Of a stretch of DNA of 64,000 bases, positions 37,117 through 46,246 are shown piece after piece. Source of the stretch: an uncultured Chloroflexia bacterium (lineage in GTDB: Bacteria; Chloroflexota; Limnocylindria; Limnocylindrales; CSP1-4); the NCBI GenBank assembly GCA_963768655.1, contig CAVYIM010000006.1:224001-288000 (forward strand), written 5' to 3'. The position numbers and the translations under genes were made by a program. The notes below the pieces were generated by a model. The model was not told the origin of the DNA. It searched no databases and saw nothing but the letters and a program-made list of their open reading frames with translations. The first letter of the stretch is position 1; the number at the start of each line of letters is the position of its first letter.

Positions 37117-37325
37117 GAACGGCCTCCTTTCACCAGAACTGCCTGCCGAGTCCCGGCCCTGGCTGGTTGGGGACCGGATCGGTCAGGCGACTTGCGGGTC
37201 GTCGGTGGCATGGATGCCCATCCGAAAGCCTACCTAGGAATGCCGGCGGTGGGTAGGGTTACTATCGTTTACCCCATTGGCGGCGAGTCGATGGGCTCGC
37301 TCGCCGCCAGCCGCTCGGCGTCGCC

Positions 37326-37481
37326 CTAGAGCGCGTTACCGATGGTGCTTAGGATCGTGTTGATCTGGCCGCTCAAGAAGAGCAGCGCGGTGATCGCGAG
37401 AATGGCTATGAGGGCGAGGATGAGTGCGTATTCGGCCAGGCCCTGCCCCTGCTGGCGAGCTTCCCGTGCGAAGGACGGCAT
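37326..37481 (-). CDS. Flp/Fap type IVb pilin (51 aa; not in ORF track)
   Basis: MPSFAREARQQGQGLAEYALILALIAILAITALLFLSGQINTILSTIGNAL; GGGAG SD. Confidence 0.92.
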   Translation of the reverse strand: MPSFAREARQQGQGLAEYALILALIAILAITALLFLSGQINTILSTIGNAL

Positions 37482-37751
37482 TTGCGTCTCCCGATCTACG
37501 GCTCAACGAGCGACGGCTACGGGCCGATTGGCGTTGACAAGCGTACGGCGCCCGCCTTGCAAACGGCCGTGCAAAATGCTGTGCTTGGTGCACGCTGGCC
37601 ACACCCACGAGTACCCGCTCATGCATGGCTCACAAGTCGCGGGGAGCGGGCGCCACGGGTTCTAGCGACCGACGCGATCGATGAGGCGGGCTGGATGTCC
37701 TGGCGAGCCGCTGGAAGTCCGGCACGGCCAGCGGCGCGGCCGGCATCGCGC

Positions 37752-37835
37752 TGCTAAGATACGGCTGTCCTTTCGGCCCCGACCGGATGGCGTTGCCATG
37801 CGCGCATCGGGGCATATCCCATGGGAAGGAGTCTT
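37752..37835 (+). promoter_or_regulatory. Extended -10 promoter and probable S6:S18 autoregulatory leader of rpsF
   Basis: TGcTAAGAT at 37752-37760; TCCTT can pair with the AAGGA SD; inner GCCCCGA/TCGGGGC helix. Confidence 0.55.
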
Positions 37836-37841
37836 TGGCGC

Positions 37842-38261
37842 ATGCGCCGTTACGAACTCATGCTCGTGCTGCGCCCGGATCTTGCGGATGACAAGGTCCA
37901 GGCCTCCCTCGAGCGGACTGCTCGGGCCATCGCGGCCGGCGGTGGTCAGATCGTCAAGCAGGCCCCCTGGGGCCGCCGGCGGCTGGCCTATCCAATCGAC
38001 CACCATCGCGAGGGGTCGTACTACGTCGTGCTCTTCGAGGCGCCGGCGACGGCGATATCCGAGCTCGAACGTGGCCTGCTGATCAGCGAGGAAGTGCTGC
38101 GCCACCTCGTCACCCGCGTCGAGCGCCCCGTGCGGGCCGCTCGCGGCCATGAGGGAGAGGGCGATGTCGACGTCGAGCTTCCGATCGAAGAGGAGGAGCT
38201 CGAGGACGAGGCGCTGATCGATGAATCGGAGAGCGAAGCGGCACCCGCCGCGATCGACTGA
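37842..38261 (+). CDS. rpsF: 30S ribosomal protein S6 with acidic tail
   Basis: RRYELMLVLRPD, WGRRRLAYPI, EGSY, VLRHLV. Confidence 0.97.
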   Translation: MRRYELMLVLRPDLADDKVQASLERTARAIAAGGGQIVKQAPWGRRRLAYPIDHHREGSYYVVLFEAPATAISELERGLLISEEVLRHLVTRVERPVRAARGHEGEGDVDVELPIEEEELEDEALIDESESEAAPAAID

Positions 38262-38294
38262 GGCCCGCGCAACGCGGAGCTGGAGGCACGCTCG

Positions 38295-38735
38295 ATGTCG
38301 CTGAACAAGGCGATGATCATCGGCAATCTCGGCCGCGACCCTGAGATGCGGTACACGCCCAACGGCCAGGCGGTCACCCAGTTCACGGTGGCCGTCAACC
38401 GCAACTACAAGGACGCCAGCGGGGAGTGGAAGGAAGAAACCGAGTGGTTCCGGGTGGTTGCCTGGGGGCCGCTCGCAGAGCGCACGGCGGAGTACCTCCG
38501 CAAGGGCCGCAAGGTCTACGTCGAGGGTCGACTCCAGACACGCACCTGGGAAGGCCAGGACGGCCAGAAGCACTACACCACGGAGCTGATCGCCAGTACC
38601 GTGACCGGGCTGGATCCTCGACCGCGCGAGGACGGTTCCCAGGAGCCCGCCGGCGCTCGACCGGCGCGTGGCGGCGCCCCGGTGGCCCCGTCCGAGGATC
38701 TTGGATCGAGCGACCTGGACGAGCTGCCCTTCTGA
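38295..38735 (+). CDS. ssb: Single-stranded DNA-binding protein
   Basis: NKAMIIGNLGRDPEMRYT, EGRLQTR.W, C-terminal DELPF. Confidence 0.98.
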   Translation: MSLNKAMIIGNLGRDPEMRYTPNGQAVTQFTVAVNRNYKDASGEWKEETEWFRVVAWGPLAERTAEYLRKGRKVYVEGRLQTRTWEGQDGQKHYTTELIASTVTGLDPRPREDGSQEPAGARPARGGAPVAPSEDLGSSDLDELPF

Positions 38736-38816
38736 ACCCGGCCGGCCTTGCGCCGGTCCCAACGAATCCAATCGCCGCGCCACGGGCGTGGCGGCGTTGA
38801 TAGAGGAACAACTCAG

Positions 38817-39095
38817 ATGCCTGCTTATTCCCGAGAAAAGCCGAGGGGCAAGCGCGATGACATGTACCGCGATCGGCGCCGCCGCAAGGTGTGCACGTTC
38901 TGCGCCGACAAGACCGTGATGATCGACTACAAGGAGGTCAACCGGTTGCGGCGCTATCTCTCCGAGCGTGCCAAGATCGAGCCGCGCCGCAAGACGGGGA
39001 CCTGTGCCAATCACCAGCGGCAGCTGGCCGTGGCCCTCAAGCGGGCCCGCATCGTAGCCCTGCTTCCGTACGCGCCCCAGCACGTCCGGCCCTGA
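38817..39095 (+). CDS. rpsR: 30S ribosomal protein S18 (Zn-binding form)
   Basis: [32 protein letters not shown]. Confidence 0.97.
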   Translation: MPAYSREKPRGKRDDMYRDRRRRKVCTFCADKTVMIDYKEVNRLRRYLSERAKIEPRRKTGTCANHQRQLAVALKRARIVALLPYAPQHVRP

Positions 39096-39158
39096 CGCAG
39101 TGGAGCCCGGCGCGCCGGCCCGGGTCGGTCGCGCCGGGTTCGGGCTGATTCCACGGCC

Positions 39159-40034
39159 GTGGCTGAGCTGCTCCTGCTGATCGGCGGCGGCGTCGCCGCG
39201 GGCGCATTCGGCGCGCTGCTCGGCCTGGGCGGCGGCGTGTTGATCGTGCCGCTGCTCACACTGGGCTTCGGGTTGCCACTGCGAGAGGCGGTCGGCGCCA
39301 GTCTGGTCTGCGTGATCGTGACCAGCAGCGCGGCCGCCTCGGTGTATCTACAGCGGGATGTCGCGAACCTGCGCCTGGGCATGACGCTGGAGATGTTCAC
39401 GGCAACCGCGGCCATCGCCGGAGGGCTGGTTGCGTTCCTGGTGCCCGAGCGAGCGCTGGCACTGATGTTCGCGGCCCTGCTCGCGTACGTCGCGGTCACG
39501 ATGGCCCGCGCCCGGGACGGTCGCGACGTCCCGGAGGGCCGAGACGCCGGAGACGCACCGGGCGATCGCCGCGGAGAAGCGGCCGAGGAGGCCGCGCGGC
39601 CATCTGTCGACGTCGAGCCCGACGGCGGTGGTGCACTCGCTGCCTCGCTGTCAGGCCCGGGCTATCGCGTTCGCAATCTCGGCCGCGGTGTGCTGGGTAG
39701 CCTGCTGGCCGGCGTGGTGAGCGCCCTGTTCGGCGTCGGAGGCGGAATCGTCAAAGTCCCGGTCATGAACCTCGTCATGGGCGTTCCGATTCGAGTCGCC
39801 ACGGCCACGAGCAATCTCATGATCGGCGTGACCGCCTCGGCAGGCGCTCTCGTCTATCTGCTTCGCGGGGGCATCGACCCCTACGTGACCGCGCCCACGG
39901 CCGTGGGCGTCTTCGCCGGGGCGAGCCTGGCGGCGCGCCTGTCTCACCGTGTCGACCTGGGCGTTCTCCGGTTGCTGTTCGTCGCCGTGCTGGTCGTCAC
40001 TTCCGCCCAGATGGCGCTGCGGGGGATCGCATGA
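39159..40034 (+). CDS. TauE/SafE (TSUP) family transporter
   Basis: Duplicated GLGGGVLIVP / GVGGGIVKVP motifs; ATATS. Confidence 0.9.
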   Translation: MAELLLLIGGGVAAGAFGALLGLGGGVLIVPLLTLGFGLPLREAVGASLVCVIVTSSAAASVYLQRDVANLRLGMTLEMFTATAAIAGGLVAFLVPERALALMFAALLAYVAVTMARARDGRDVPEGRDAGDAPGDRRGEAAEEAARPSVDVEPDGGGALAASLSGPGYRVRNLGRGVLGSLLAGVVSALFGVGGGIVKVPVMNLVMGVPIRVATATSNLMIGVTASAGALVYLLRGGIDPYVTAPTAVGVFAGASLAARLSHRVDLGVLRLLFVAVLVVTSAQMALRGIA

Positions 40035-40381
40035 AGGCCGGGCGGCTGGAGCGGACCGTCGGCCTGCTCCTCGGGGCCGGAGCGCTCGTCAGCGTTGCGC
40101 TGCTGGCGATCGGCATCGCGGCCATGGGAGCGGCGCACGTCGGCCCGCTGGATCGGCCGTTCCCGCCGTTCGACCTCGGGAGATTGCCGGTCGACCTGGC
40201 GTCCCTCAAGCCGGCGGGGTTCCTGTGGCTCGGGCTCCTAGCTGTGATACTTACCCCGTCGATCAGGGTGATCGCATCGCTGGTTGGCTTCGCCGCGGCA
40301 GGCGAGCGACGGATGGTCGCGGTAGCTGTCGTCGTGCTGGCGGTCATCTGCCTGAGTGCCGCGCTGGGAGCTGGAGGCTAG
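40031..40381 (+). CDS. DUF1634-like membrane protein, partner of the TSUP gene
   Basis: Three TM helices; GLL.VILTP.IRV; ATGA overlap with TSUP. Confidence 0.8.
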   Translation: MKAGRLERTVGLLLGAGALVSVALLAIGIAAMGAAHVGPLDRPFPPFDLGRLPVDLASLKPAGFLWLGLLAVILTPSIRVIASLVGFAAAGERRMVAVAVVVLAVICLSAALGAGG

Positions 40382-40382
40382 C

Positions 40383-41426
40383 TTGGACGCCGCTCTACTG
40401 GTCGTGTCGTTCGCGGTCATCCTCGGCGGGGCTGAGCTCTTCACGAACGGCATCGAGTGGTTCGGCCACAAGCTCGAGCTCGGTGAGGGAGCCATCGGTT
40501 CTGTGCTCGCGGCGATCGGCACGGCCCTGCCGGAGACGATGATTCCGCTGATCGCCATCGTGTTCGGCGGTGGCCTGGCCGCGAGTGAGATCGGTATCGG
40601 GGCCATTCTCGGCGCCCCGTTCATGCTGGCCACGCTGGCCATGTTCGTGACCGGAGCCGGCGTGTGGCTGATGCGAGGGCGCCGGGCGACGGGTACGACG
40701 CTGGCCCTGGACACGGGCGTGATCGGCCACGACATGGCCTATTTCGGGGTGGCCTACTGCATTGCCATCGGCGCGGCCTTCCTTCCCGTGGAGTTCGAGT
40801 GGCCGCGCCGGCTCGTGGCCGTGGCTCTGATCGCCATCTACGGCCGCCATGTCTGGGGGCATCTCCAGGCCGAGGCGGCGGAGCACCAGGGTCTCGAGCC
40901 CCTGCGGTTCCACAAGCTGGACCGCCGCGCGCCGCAACACCCGGAGCCCCCGCGGCTGGCGATCGTCTCGGTCCAGGTGGTCTTCGCGCTGGCGTGCATC
41001 ATCGGCGGCGCGTGGACCTTCGTCGACGCGGTGAAAGACATGGCTTCGGGGCCCGGCGTGAACGGGACGCTGCTGGCGCTGTTGATCGCCCCGATCGCGA
41101 CGGAGCTTCCGGAGACCCTCAACAGCGTCCTGTGGGTTCGCCGCGGCAAGGACACGCTGGCGCTTGGCAACATCACGGGAGCGATGGTCTTCCAGAGCGC
41201 CATCCCGACCTCCATCGGGCTCGTCCTGGCGCCGCAGATCTGGTCGGCCTCGGGCTCCGGGCTCGCCTTCGCCTCAGCCGGCATCACATTCGTCTCGGCG
41301 GCGGCAATCTTTGTGCCGATGCTCGTCTGGCGCCGGCTCGATGGGCGGGCGCTGCTCGTCGGGGGCCTGTTCTACCTGGCATACGTGGCGGTCGTGCTCG
41401 CTGCGCTGGCCGGCGGTCGGGTCTGA
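40383..41426 (+). CDS. Sodium:calcium (CaCA) antiporter family protein
   Basis: Alpha repeats GTALPE and ATELPE; GN.TG motif. Confidence 0.88.
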   Translation: MDAALLVVSFAVILGGAELFTNGIEWFGHKLELGEGAIGSVLAAIGTALPETMIPLIAIVFGGGLAASEIGIGAILGAPFMLATLAMFVTGAGVWLMRGRRATGTTLALDTGVIGHDMAYFGVAYCIAIGAAFLPVEFEWPRRLVAVALIAIYGRHVWGHLQAEAAEHQGLEPLRFHKLDRRAPQHPEPPRLAIVSVQVVFALACIIGGAWTFVDAVKDMASGPGVNGTLLALLIAPIATELPETLNSVLWVRRGKDTLALGNITGAMVFQSAIPTSIGLVLAPQIWSASGSGLAFASAGITFVSAAAIFVPMLVWRRLDGRALLVGGLFYLAYVAVVLAALAGGRV

Positions 41427-41539
41427 TCGCCGGCCGCACAGGCCGCCGCGGCAGGTGCGTATCTCGGGAGAATGGTCGGGCGGTATACTCGCGGGTACGC
41501 TGGTCTACGCCGGCGGTCAGCACCAGGAGCGCCGATTAG

Positions 41540-42517
41540 ATGGTCACTGAGCACGCCCAGGCCCCCGCCGCGGACGCGGCGGCCACGCCCGATCAGTCCA
41601 ACTTCATCTGCTACTTTCAGGGCGGATATGTAAGGCTGGGCGAGGCACGCATTCCGCTCATGACCCATGCGTTCCTGTACGGCACGGGTGTCTTCGAGGG
41701 CATCCGGGCGTACTGGAACCCTGACGAGAAGCAGCTGTACGGGCTCCGGATCAAGGAGCACATCGTCCGCCTGCGCAACTCCAGCAAGATCATGCTCATG
41801 GCGGACATCCCGACGGTCGACGAGTTCACCGAGATCGTCAAGCAAGTCCTCCGGCGCAACAACTTCCACGAAGACGCCTACTGCCGGCCCTCGGTCTACA
41901 AGAGCACCGAAGCCATCGGCGTCAAGCTCCACGGCCTGACCCACGACTTCTACGTCCTGGCCGTTCCGATGGGCGACTACATCGACACCGAGAAGGGAAT
42001 CCCGGCGGGCACGGTGTCATGGCGCCGCACGAGCGACACGTCGATCCCGTCGCGTAGCAAGATCACCGGCAGCTACGTGAATCCGGCCTTCTCCAAGACC
42101 GAGGCCATGCTCAACGGTTTCGACGAGGCGATCGTGCTGACCGGCGACGGGCACGTCTCGGAGGGCTCGGCCGAGAACCTGTTCATGGTCCGAGACGGCA
42201 TCCTGATCACGCCTTCGGTGAGCGAAGACATCCTCGAGGGGATCACCCGGGCCGGCATCATGGAGATCGCGAAGTACCTGGACATCCCGGTCAAGGAGCG
42301 CCAGATCGACCGGTCCGAGCTCTACATAGCCGACGAGATCTTCCTCTGCGGTACCGGCGCCCAGGTTTCACCGGTGGCGTCGGTCGACCACCGGGCGGTT
42401 GGCGACGGGCACGTCGGTCCGATCGCGAAGAAGATCAGCCGGACCTACTTCGACGCTGTGCGGGGACGGCTCGCCGCGTTCCAGCACTGGGTCACGCCTA
42501 TATACACGGGTGAGTGA
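41540..42517 (+). CDS. ilvE: Branched-chain amino acid aminotransferase (class IV)
   Basis: YGTGVFEGIRAY, K.TGSY, EGSAENLF, LEGITR, DEIFLCGT. Confidence 0.93.
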   Translation: MVTEHAQAPAADAAATPDQSNFICYFQGGYVRLGEARIPLMTHAFLYGTGVFEGIRAYWNPDEKQLYGLRIKEHIVRLRNSSKIMLMADIPTVDEFTEIVKQVLRRNNFHEDAYCRPSVYKSTEAIGVKLHGLTHDFYVLAVPMGDYIDTEKGIPAGTVSWRRTSDTSIPSRSKITGSYVNPAFSKTEAMLNGFDEAIVLTGDGHVSEGSAENLFMVRDGILITPSVSEDILEGITRAGIMEIAKYLDIPVKERQIDRSELYIADEIFLCGTGAQVSPVASVDHRAVGDGHVGPIAKKISRTYFDAVRGRLAAFQHWVTPIYTGE

Positions 42518-44240
42518 GGTAGTCGCGCGCGACTCGTCGGCCGTTCGACCGGGCTTTTCCGCCGTCCGGGCGGAGGGACAGGTCGAGAAGAGGGGCGCGC
42601 GCCGATACCGGGTCCTGGAGATCATTCCCGGCCTCGTCACGTGGATGCTGATCCTGGGCCCCATCCCCTTGTCGCTGCGCTATCCGCAGGTCGTGGGCTG
42701 GTTCGTCCTGTGCTTCGACTGCTACTGGCTGTACCGTGCCGCCGAGCTGGCGGTGAGCGTGTGCATCTCGTTCCGGAGAGTGCGCCGGGTAATGGCGGTC
42801 GATTGGCGTGAGCGGGCGTTCTCCCTGGCGGATCCTCAGGCTCGCTACGACGAGTTGCCGGGCCTGATCGAACTCATCGACCAGCATGTCGCAGAGCTGC
42901 GCCGGTCCGGCAACGAGCTGGCCGCGCGAGGCGGGCGACGGGAACAGCAGCGCCTGATCGCGGAGAGGCGCGACCTCGGGCGGCTGCTGCGGTCGATGGT
43001 CCCCGGCGAGCAGCTGCCGGACCCACGCCAGATCTGGCACGTTGCGCTCATTCCGACATATACGGAGCCCTACGAGAAGCTGTACGAGACAATCAAGGCG
43101 CTCGCGGAAGCCGACTATCCGCGCGACCTGAAGATGGTTGCGATCATCACCCGCGAGACGGACCTCCAGGGCCGCGAGAACGTGGTCAGGTTGCGGGAGA
43201 TCTTCGGGTCCAGCTTCCGTCACTTCTTCCACATTCTCGATCCGCTCGAGCCCGGCGTGGTCGTCGGCAAGTCGAGCGCGATGGCCTACGGCGGACGGTG
43301 GCTGTACCGGGAGCTAACCGAGCTGGGCTTCGATCCAGCGAAAGTCGTCGTCACCGATCTGGACTCGGACTACCGCGTCCACCGGCAGTACTTCGGCTAT
43401 TTGACTTATACCTTCGTGACAGACCCCGACCGCCAGCATCGTCTCTACCAGCCGATCCCGATGTTCCACAACAACCTGTGGCAGTGCCCGCTGCCGGTCC
43501 GGCTGGTCGCCGTGTCCACGACCCATGTCCAGATGTGGCGGCACCTGACTCCTGAGCGACTTGTCAGCTTCAGCTCCTACGCCGTCTCGCTGCGGACTAT
43601 CCACGACGTGGACTACTGGGCGACGGACGCAATTCCCGAGGACAGCCGCTTCTACTGGAAGAGCTTCTTCCGATACAGCGGCCAGTTCCACTCGGTCCCG
43701 CTGTTCATGCCGGTGTACGGCGATGCGGTGCGAGCGCGCTCGTATCCTCGCAGCCTGGTCCAGCAGTACACGCAGATCAGGCGTTGGGCCTGGGGGATCA
43801 CCGACATCCCGTACTTCATCGACAACGCCCTGGACCACTCCGAGATCCCGCGCCATCAGCGGGTCATACGGCTGCTTTCCTTGTGGGCGGATCACATCAA
43901 CTGGGCGGTGGCGCCGTTCGTGTTGATGTTCGGGCCCACCCTGCCGCTGCTGCTGAACGACTCCTTCCGGCCGACCACGCTTGGGCAGCAGCTGCCGATC
44001 TACGCGGCCTGGCTGCTCACCGGGGCCCTGGCATCGCTCATCGTGCTGGTCTTCATCGAGGACCAGCTCGCCCCGCCCCGGCCCAAAGAGTGGGGGGTCG
44101 GGATGAAGCTGGTGTCGTGGCTGCAGTGGCTGTGTCTGCCGGCGGTCGGTGTCGTCTTCACGAATTTGCCGGCACTGGACGCCCAGACGCGCCTGCTGAC
44201 CGGGCGCTACCTCGAATACCGGGTAACCGAGAAGACGTGA
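42510..44240 (+). CDS. Processive-type GT2 glycosyltransferase, membrane-embedded
   Basis: PTYTE, GKS, DLDSD, PED and QIRRW (D,D,D,QxxRW); TM helices at both ends. Confidence 0.85.
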   Translation: MSEVVARDSSAVRPGFSAVRAEGQVEKRGARRYRVLEIIPGLVTWMLILGPIPLSLRYPQVVGWFVLCFDCYWLYRAAELAVSVCISFRRVRRVMAVDWRERAFSLADPQARYDELPGLIELIDQHVAELRRSGNELAARGGRREQQRLIAERRDLGRLLRSMVPGEQLPDPRQIWHVALIPTYTEPYEKLYETIKALAEADYPRDLKMVAIITRETDLQGRENVVRLREIFGSSFRHFFHILDPLEPGVVVGKSSAMAYGGRWLYRELTELGFDPAKVVVTDLDSDYRVHRQYFGYLTYTFVTDPDRQHRLYQPIPMFHNNLWQCPLPVRLVAVSTTHVQMWRHLTPERLVSFSSYAVSLRTIHDVDYWATDAIPEDSRFYWKSFFRYSGQFHSVPLFMPVYGDAVRARSYPRSLVQQYTQIRRWAWGITDIPYFIDNALDHSEIPRHQRVIRLLSLWADHINWAVAPFVLMFGPTLPLLLNDSFRPTTLGQQLPIYAAWLLTGALASLIVLVFIEDQLAPPRPKEWGVGMKLVSWLQWLCLPAVGVVFTNLPALDAQTRLLTGRYLEYRVTEKT

Positions 44241-44343
44241 CGGCAGCCGGGGGCGGGGGCTCCGGCCGCGGCTTGGGCAGTGTACCCGCCGCGGGAGGGC
44301 CGGCCGGCCCGCGGCGCCTCCGATTCGAGGGCGCGATCTGCTG

Positions 44344-46098
44344 TCAGTTCGGCGCCGCGGAAAGAGCGGGCAGGTTCGTTCCGGTAACGATCACGAACTC
44401 CACTCCTTCGGTGGGGTCGGTGACGCTCTGAATCGGGGCAGTCGGGTTCGTCGAGGGGACTCCCGTCAGGGCCAGTAGCCGCGCCAGTTCCGTCAGCGTA
44501 GCCGGGTACTGGGTGTCGGCGCCGTTGACGCATAGCAACTGAGTCGTGCCACCCAGTTGTGCCGGCTGGCTGGCGCTCGCCAGGGCGTCGAGGCCCAAGT
44601 CCTGGAGATAGTTAGCGACTGTCTGGTCCTGCCCGGAGCTCCCGGTCCCGTTCTCGACGATGATGGGAGCGCTCTCGGCGACAGCCGTCTGAAGCGTGTC
44701 GGGGATGTTGGTGCTGGGGGCGATTGCGGCCTTCACGACGGCCCGGATGGCCGCATAGTCGGGATTGGCAGTCGCCCAGACGTAGCTCTTGATATCGCCC
44801 GGTTTGACGGTCTTGGCCAGCTGAATCATCGGCCCGAGCACGTCGGGGCCCTCCGGAATGTCGGTGTGAACGGTCTGGCCGAGCGCGTCGACTAGATCGC
44901 CGAGGTGGGACGAGATGTCGTTGAAGTTGGCCTGCTGCTCCAGGGCGACCACGACCTGCTGCTGGCGAATGGTTCGAGCGTAGACGCTGGAGCCGACCAC
45001 GTGACCGATGCGGGCGTAGGTGAGCGCCTCGTTTCCGTCCATGTGTTGTATCCCTGCGGGAAAGAAGACACGCAGGTGGACGGCGTCACTGCTGTTGCTG
45101 GGGAAGCCGTTGTCGAAGACGGGGGCAGGGACGTCGATCGTCACGCCGCCTAGCGTATCGACCACTTTCTCGAATCCTGAGAAGCCGACCTCGACGTAGT
45201 ACTGGATGGCGTTCTGATCGCCGAAGAAGGTGTAGCCGAGCGCCTGCTTGAGCGCGTCGGCTCCACCGTTGGGGAAGAGGTTCCTGTACGGGTCGGCGAA
45301 CTCCCAGAGATTGGTGAGCTTCGAGTTGAACGTCGGCCCGAAGAGTTGCGCCAGCCGTGATTTGGGCGGCATGGGCACGCCGGTCGCGTCACGCAAGATG
45401 CTGAAAAGGGCGACCTGATGACTGAGCGGGTCGATGCTGACGACGATCATCGAGTCCGTTCGGATGCCGCCGCGAGTGTCGGCGCCGACGAGCAGGATGT
45501 TCAGGCGACTCGTTCCGGTCCATGGCTGGATCGTCGCTGCCGGAGCCGGTGTCTCCTGAGGCGGGAAGGTGAGCGTGGGCGACGGAGTGGCCGAAGTGGC
45601 CGAAGGGCCGGGGGTCGGCTGCTCGATCACGAGGGGCGCGTGAATCTCGGTGGTGAGGTTGTAAAACTTGAGATCCCAGTAGCCGACGAGGACGTGACCC
45701 GAAACGAGAATCGCGAGGATCAAGCCCAGGCCGGCAATGGACAGCGGATCGATCTGTCCACGCCTACGGCCGATCCGCCGAACGCCTGGCACTGCCGGAT
45801 CGATGGCGAGCCGATAGGCGTCGACGCAGGCCAGAGCCCGGTAGGCCAGCAGCACGACGTTGGCGATCGCCAGCGGCCCCAGGACGGAGGACTGGCTGAT
45901 CCACAGGCCGAAGTCGACGATCCCACTGCTGAGGAGATAGATGATCGAGATCGCCAGGGCGATCAGCGGCGGAGCCGCCAGCGCCAGTCCGCGGACGTAT
46001 GCGCCGGCGTAGGCCTGGCCCAGTCCCGGGAAGAGAAAGGACAGGAAGGCGGCGCTGAAGGCGGATCGACGAGACGGCGAGCGAACGGCAGTGGTCAC
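44344..46098 (-). CDS. LCP (LytR-CpsA-Psr) glycopolymer transferase with LytR C-terminal domain
   Basis: NILLVGAD, RTDSMIV, SILRD, G.EAL.YAR, R..RQQ; C-terminal VENGTG. Confidence 0.92.
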   Translation of the reverse strand: MTTAVRSPSRRSAFSAAFLSFLFPGLGQAYAGAYVRGLALAAPPLIALAISIIYLLSSGIVDFGLWISQSSVLGPLAIANVVLLAYRALACVDAYRLAIDPAVPGVRRIGRRRGQIDPLSIAGLGLILAILVSGHVLVGYWDLKFYNLTTEIHAPLVIEQPTPGPSATSATPSPTLTFPPQETPAPAATIQPWTGTSRLNILLVGADTRGGIRTDSMIVVSIDPLSHQVALFSILRDATGVPMPPKSRLAQLFGPTFNSKLTNLWEFADPYRNLFPNGGADALKQALGYTFFGDQNAIQYYVEVGFSGFEKVVDTLGGVTIDVPAPVFDNGFPSNSSDAVHLRVFFPAGIQHMDGNEALTYARIGHVVGSSVYARTIRQQQVVVALEQQANFNDISSHLGDLVDALGQTVHTDIPEGPDVLGPMIQLAKTVKPGDIKSYVWATANPDYAAIRAVVKAAIAPSTNIPDTLQTAVAESAPIIVENGTGSSGQDQTVANYLQDLGLDALASASQPAQLGGTTQLLCVNGADTQYPATLTELARLLALTGVPSTNPTAPIQSVTDPTEGVEFVIVTGTNLPALSAAPN

Positions 46099-46246
46099 TG
46101 GTTCGCTAGGATAGCCGTGAACGCATTGTCACGTCACAGAGCGGATATCCACAGGTAGTGCCCGGCCGCGCCGACCCGTCCAGTGACCAGCCCGGTCGTC
46201 GCCGCGCCAGTCCATACGTCTACAAGCACTCAGAGCACCGAGGACG

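Noticed and set aside
33719-37640. Integrative element or prophage at the tRNA cluster
   Set aside because: No integrase, transposase or phage genes, and no duplicated tRNA 3' end seen
37482-37700. c-di-GMP riboswitch upstream of the first pilin (GACGCAAA near the start)
   Set aside because: Other conserved elements of the aptamer not found; the match overlaps the SD/start spacer
46146-46154. DnaA-box-like ATATCCACA between LCP and ileS
   Set aside because: Single mismatched box, no AT-rich unwinding element and no dnaA
46099-46246. T-box riboswitch upstream of ileS
   Set aside because: No GGTGGNACCGCG T-box consensus visible in the 148-bp spacer
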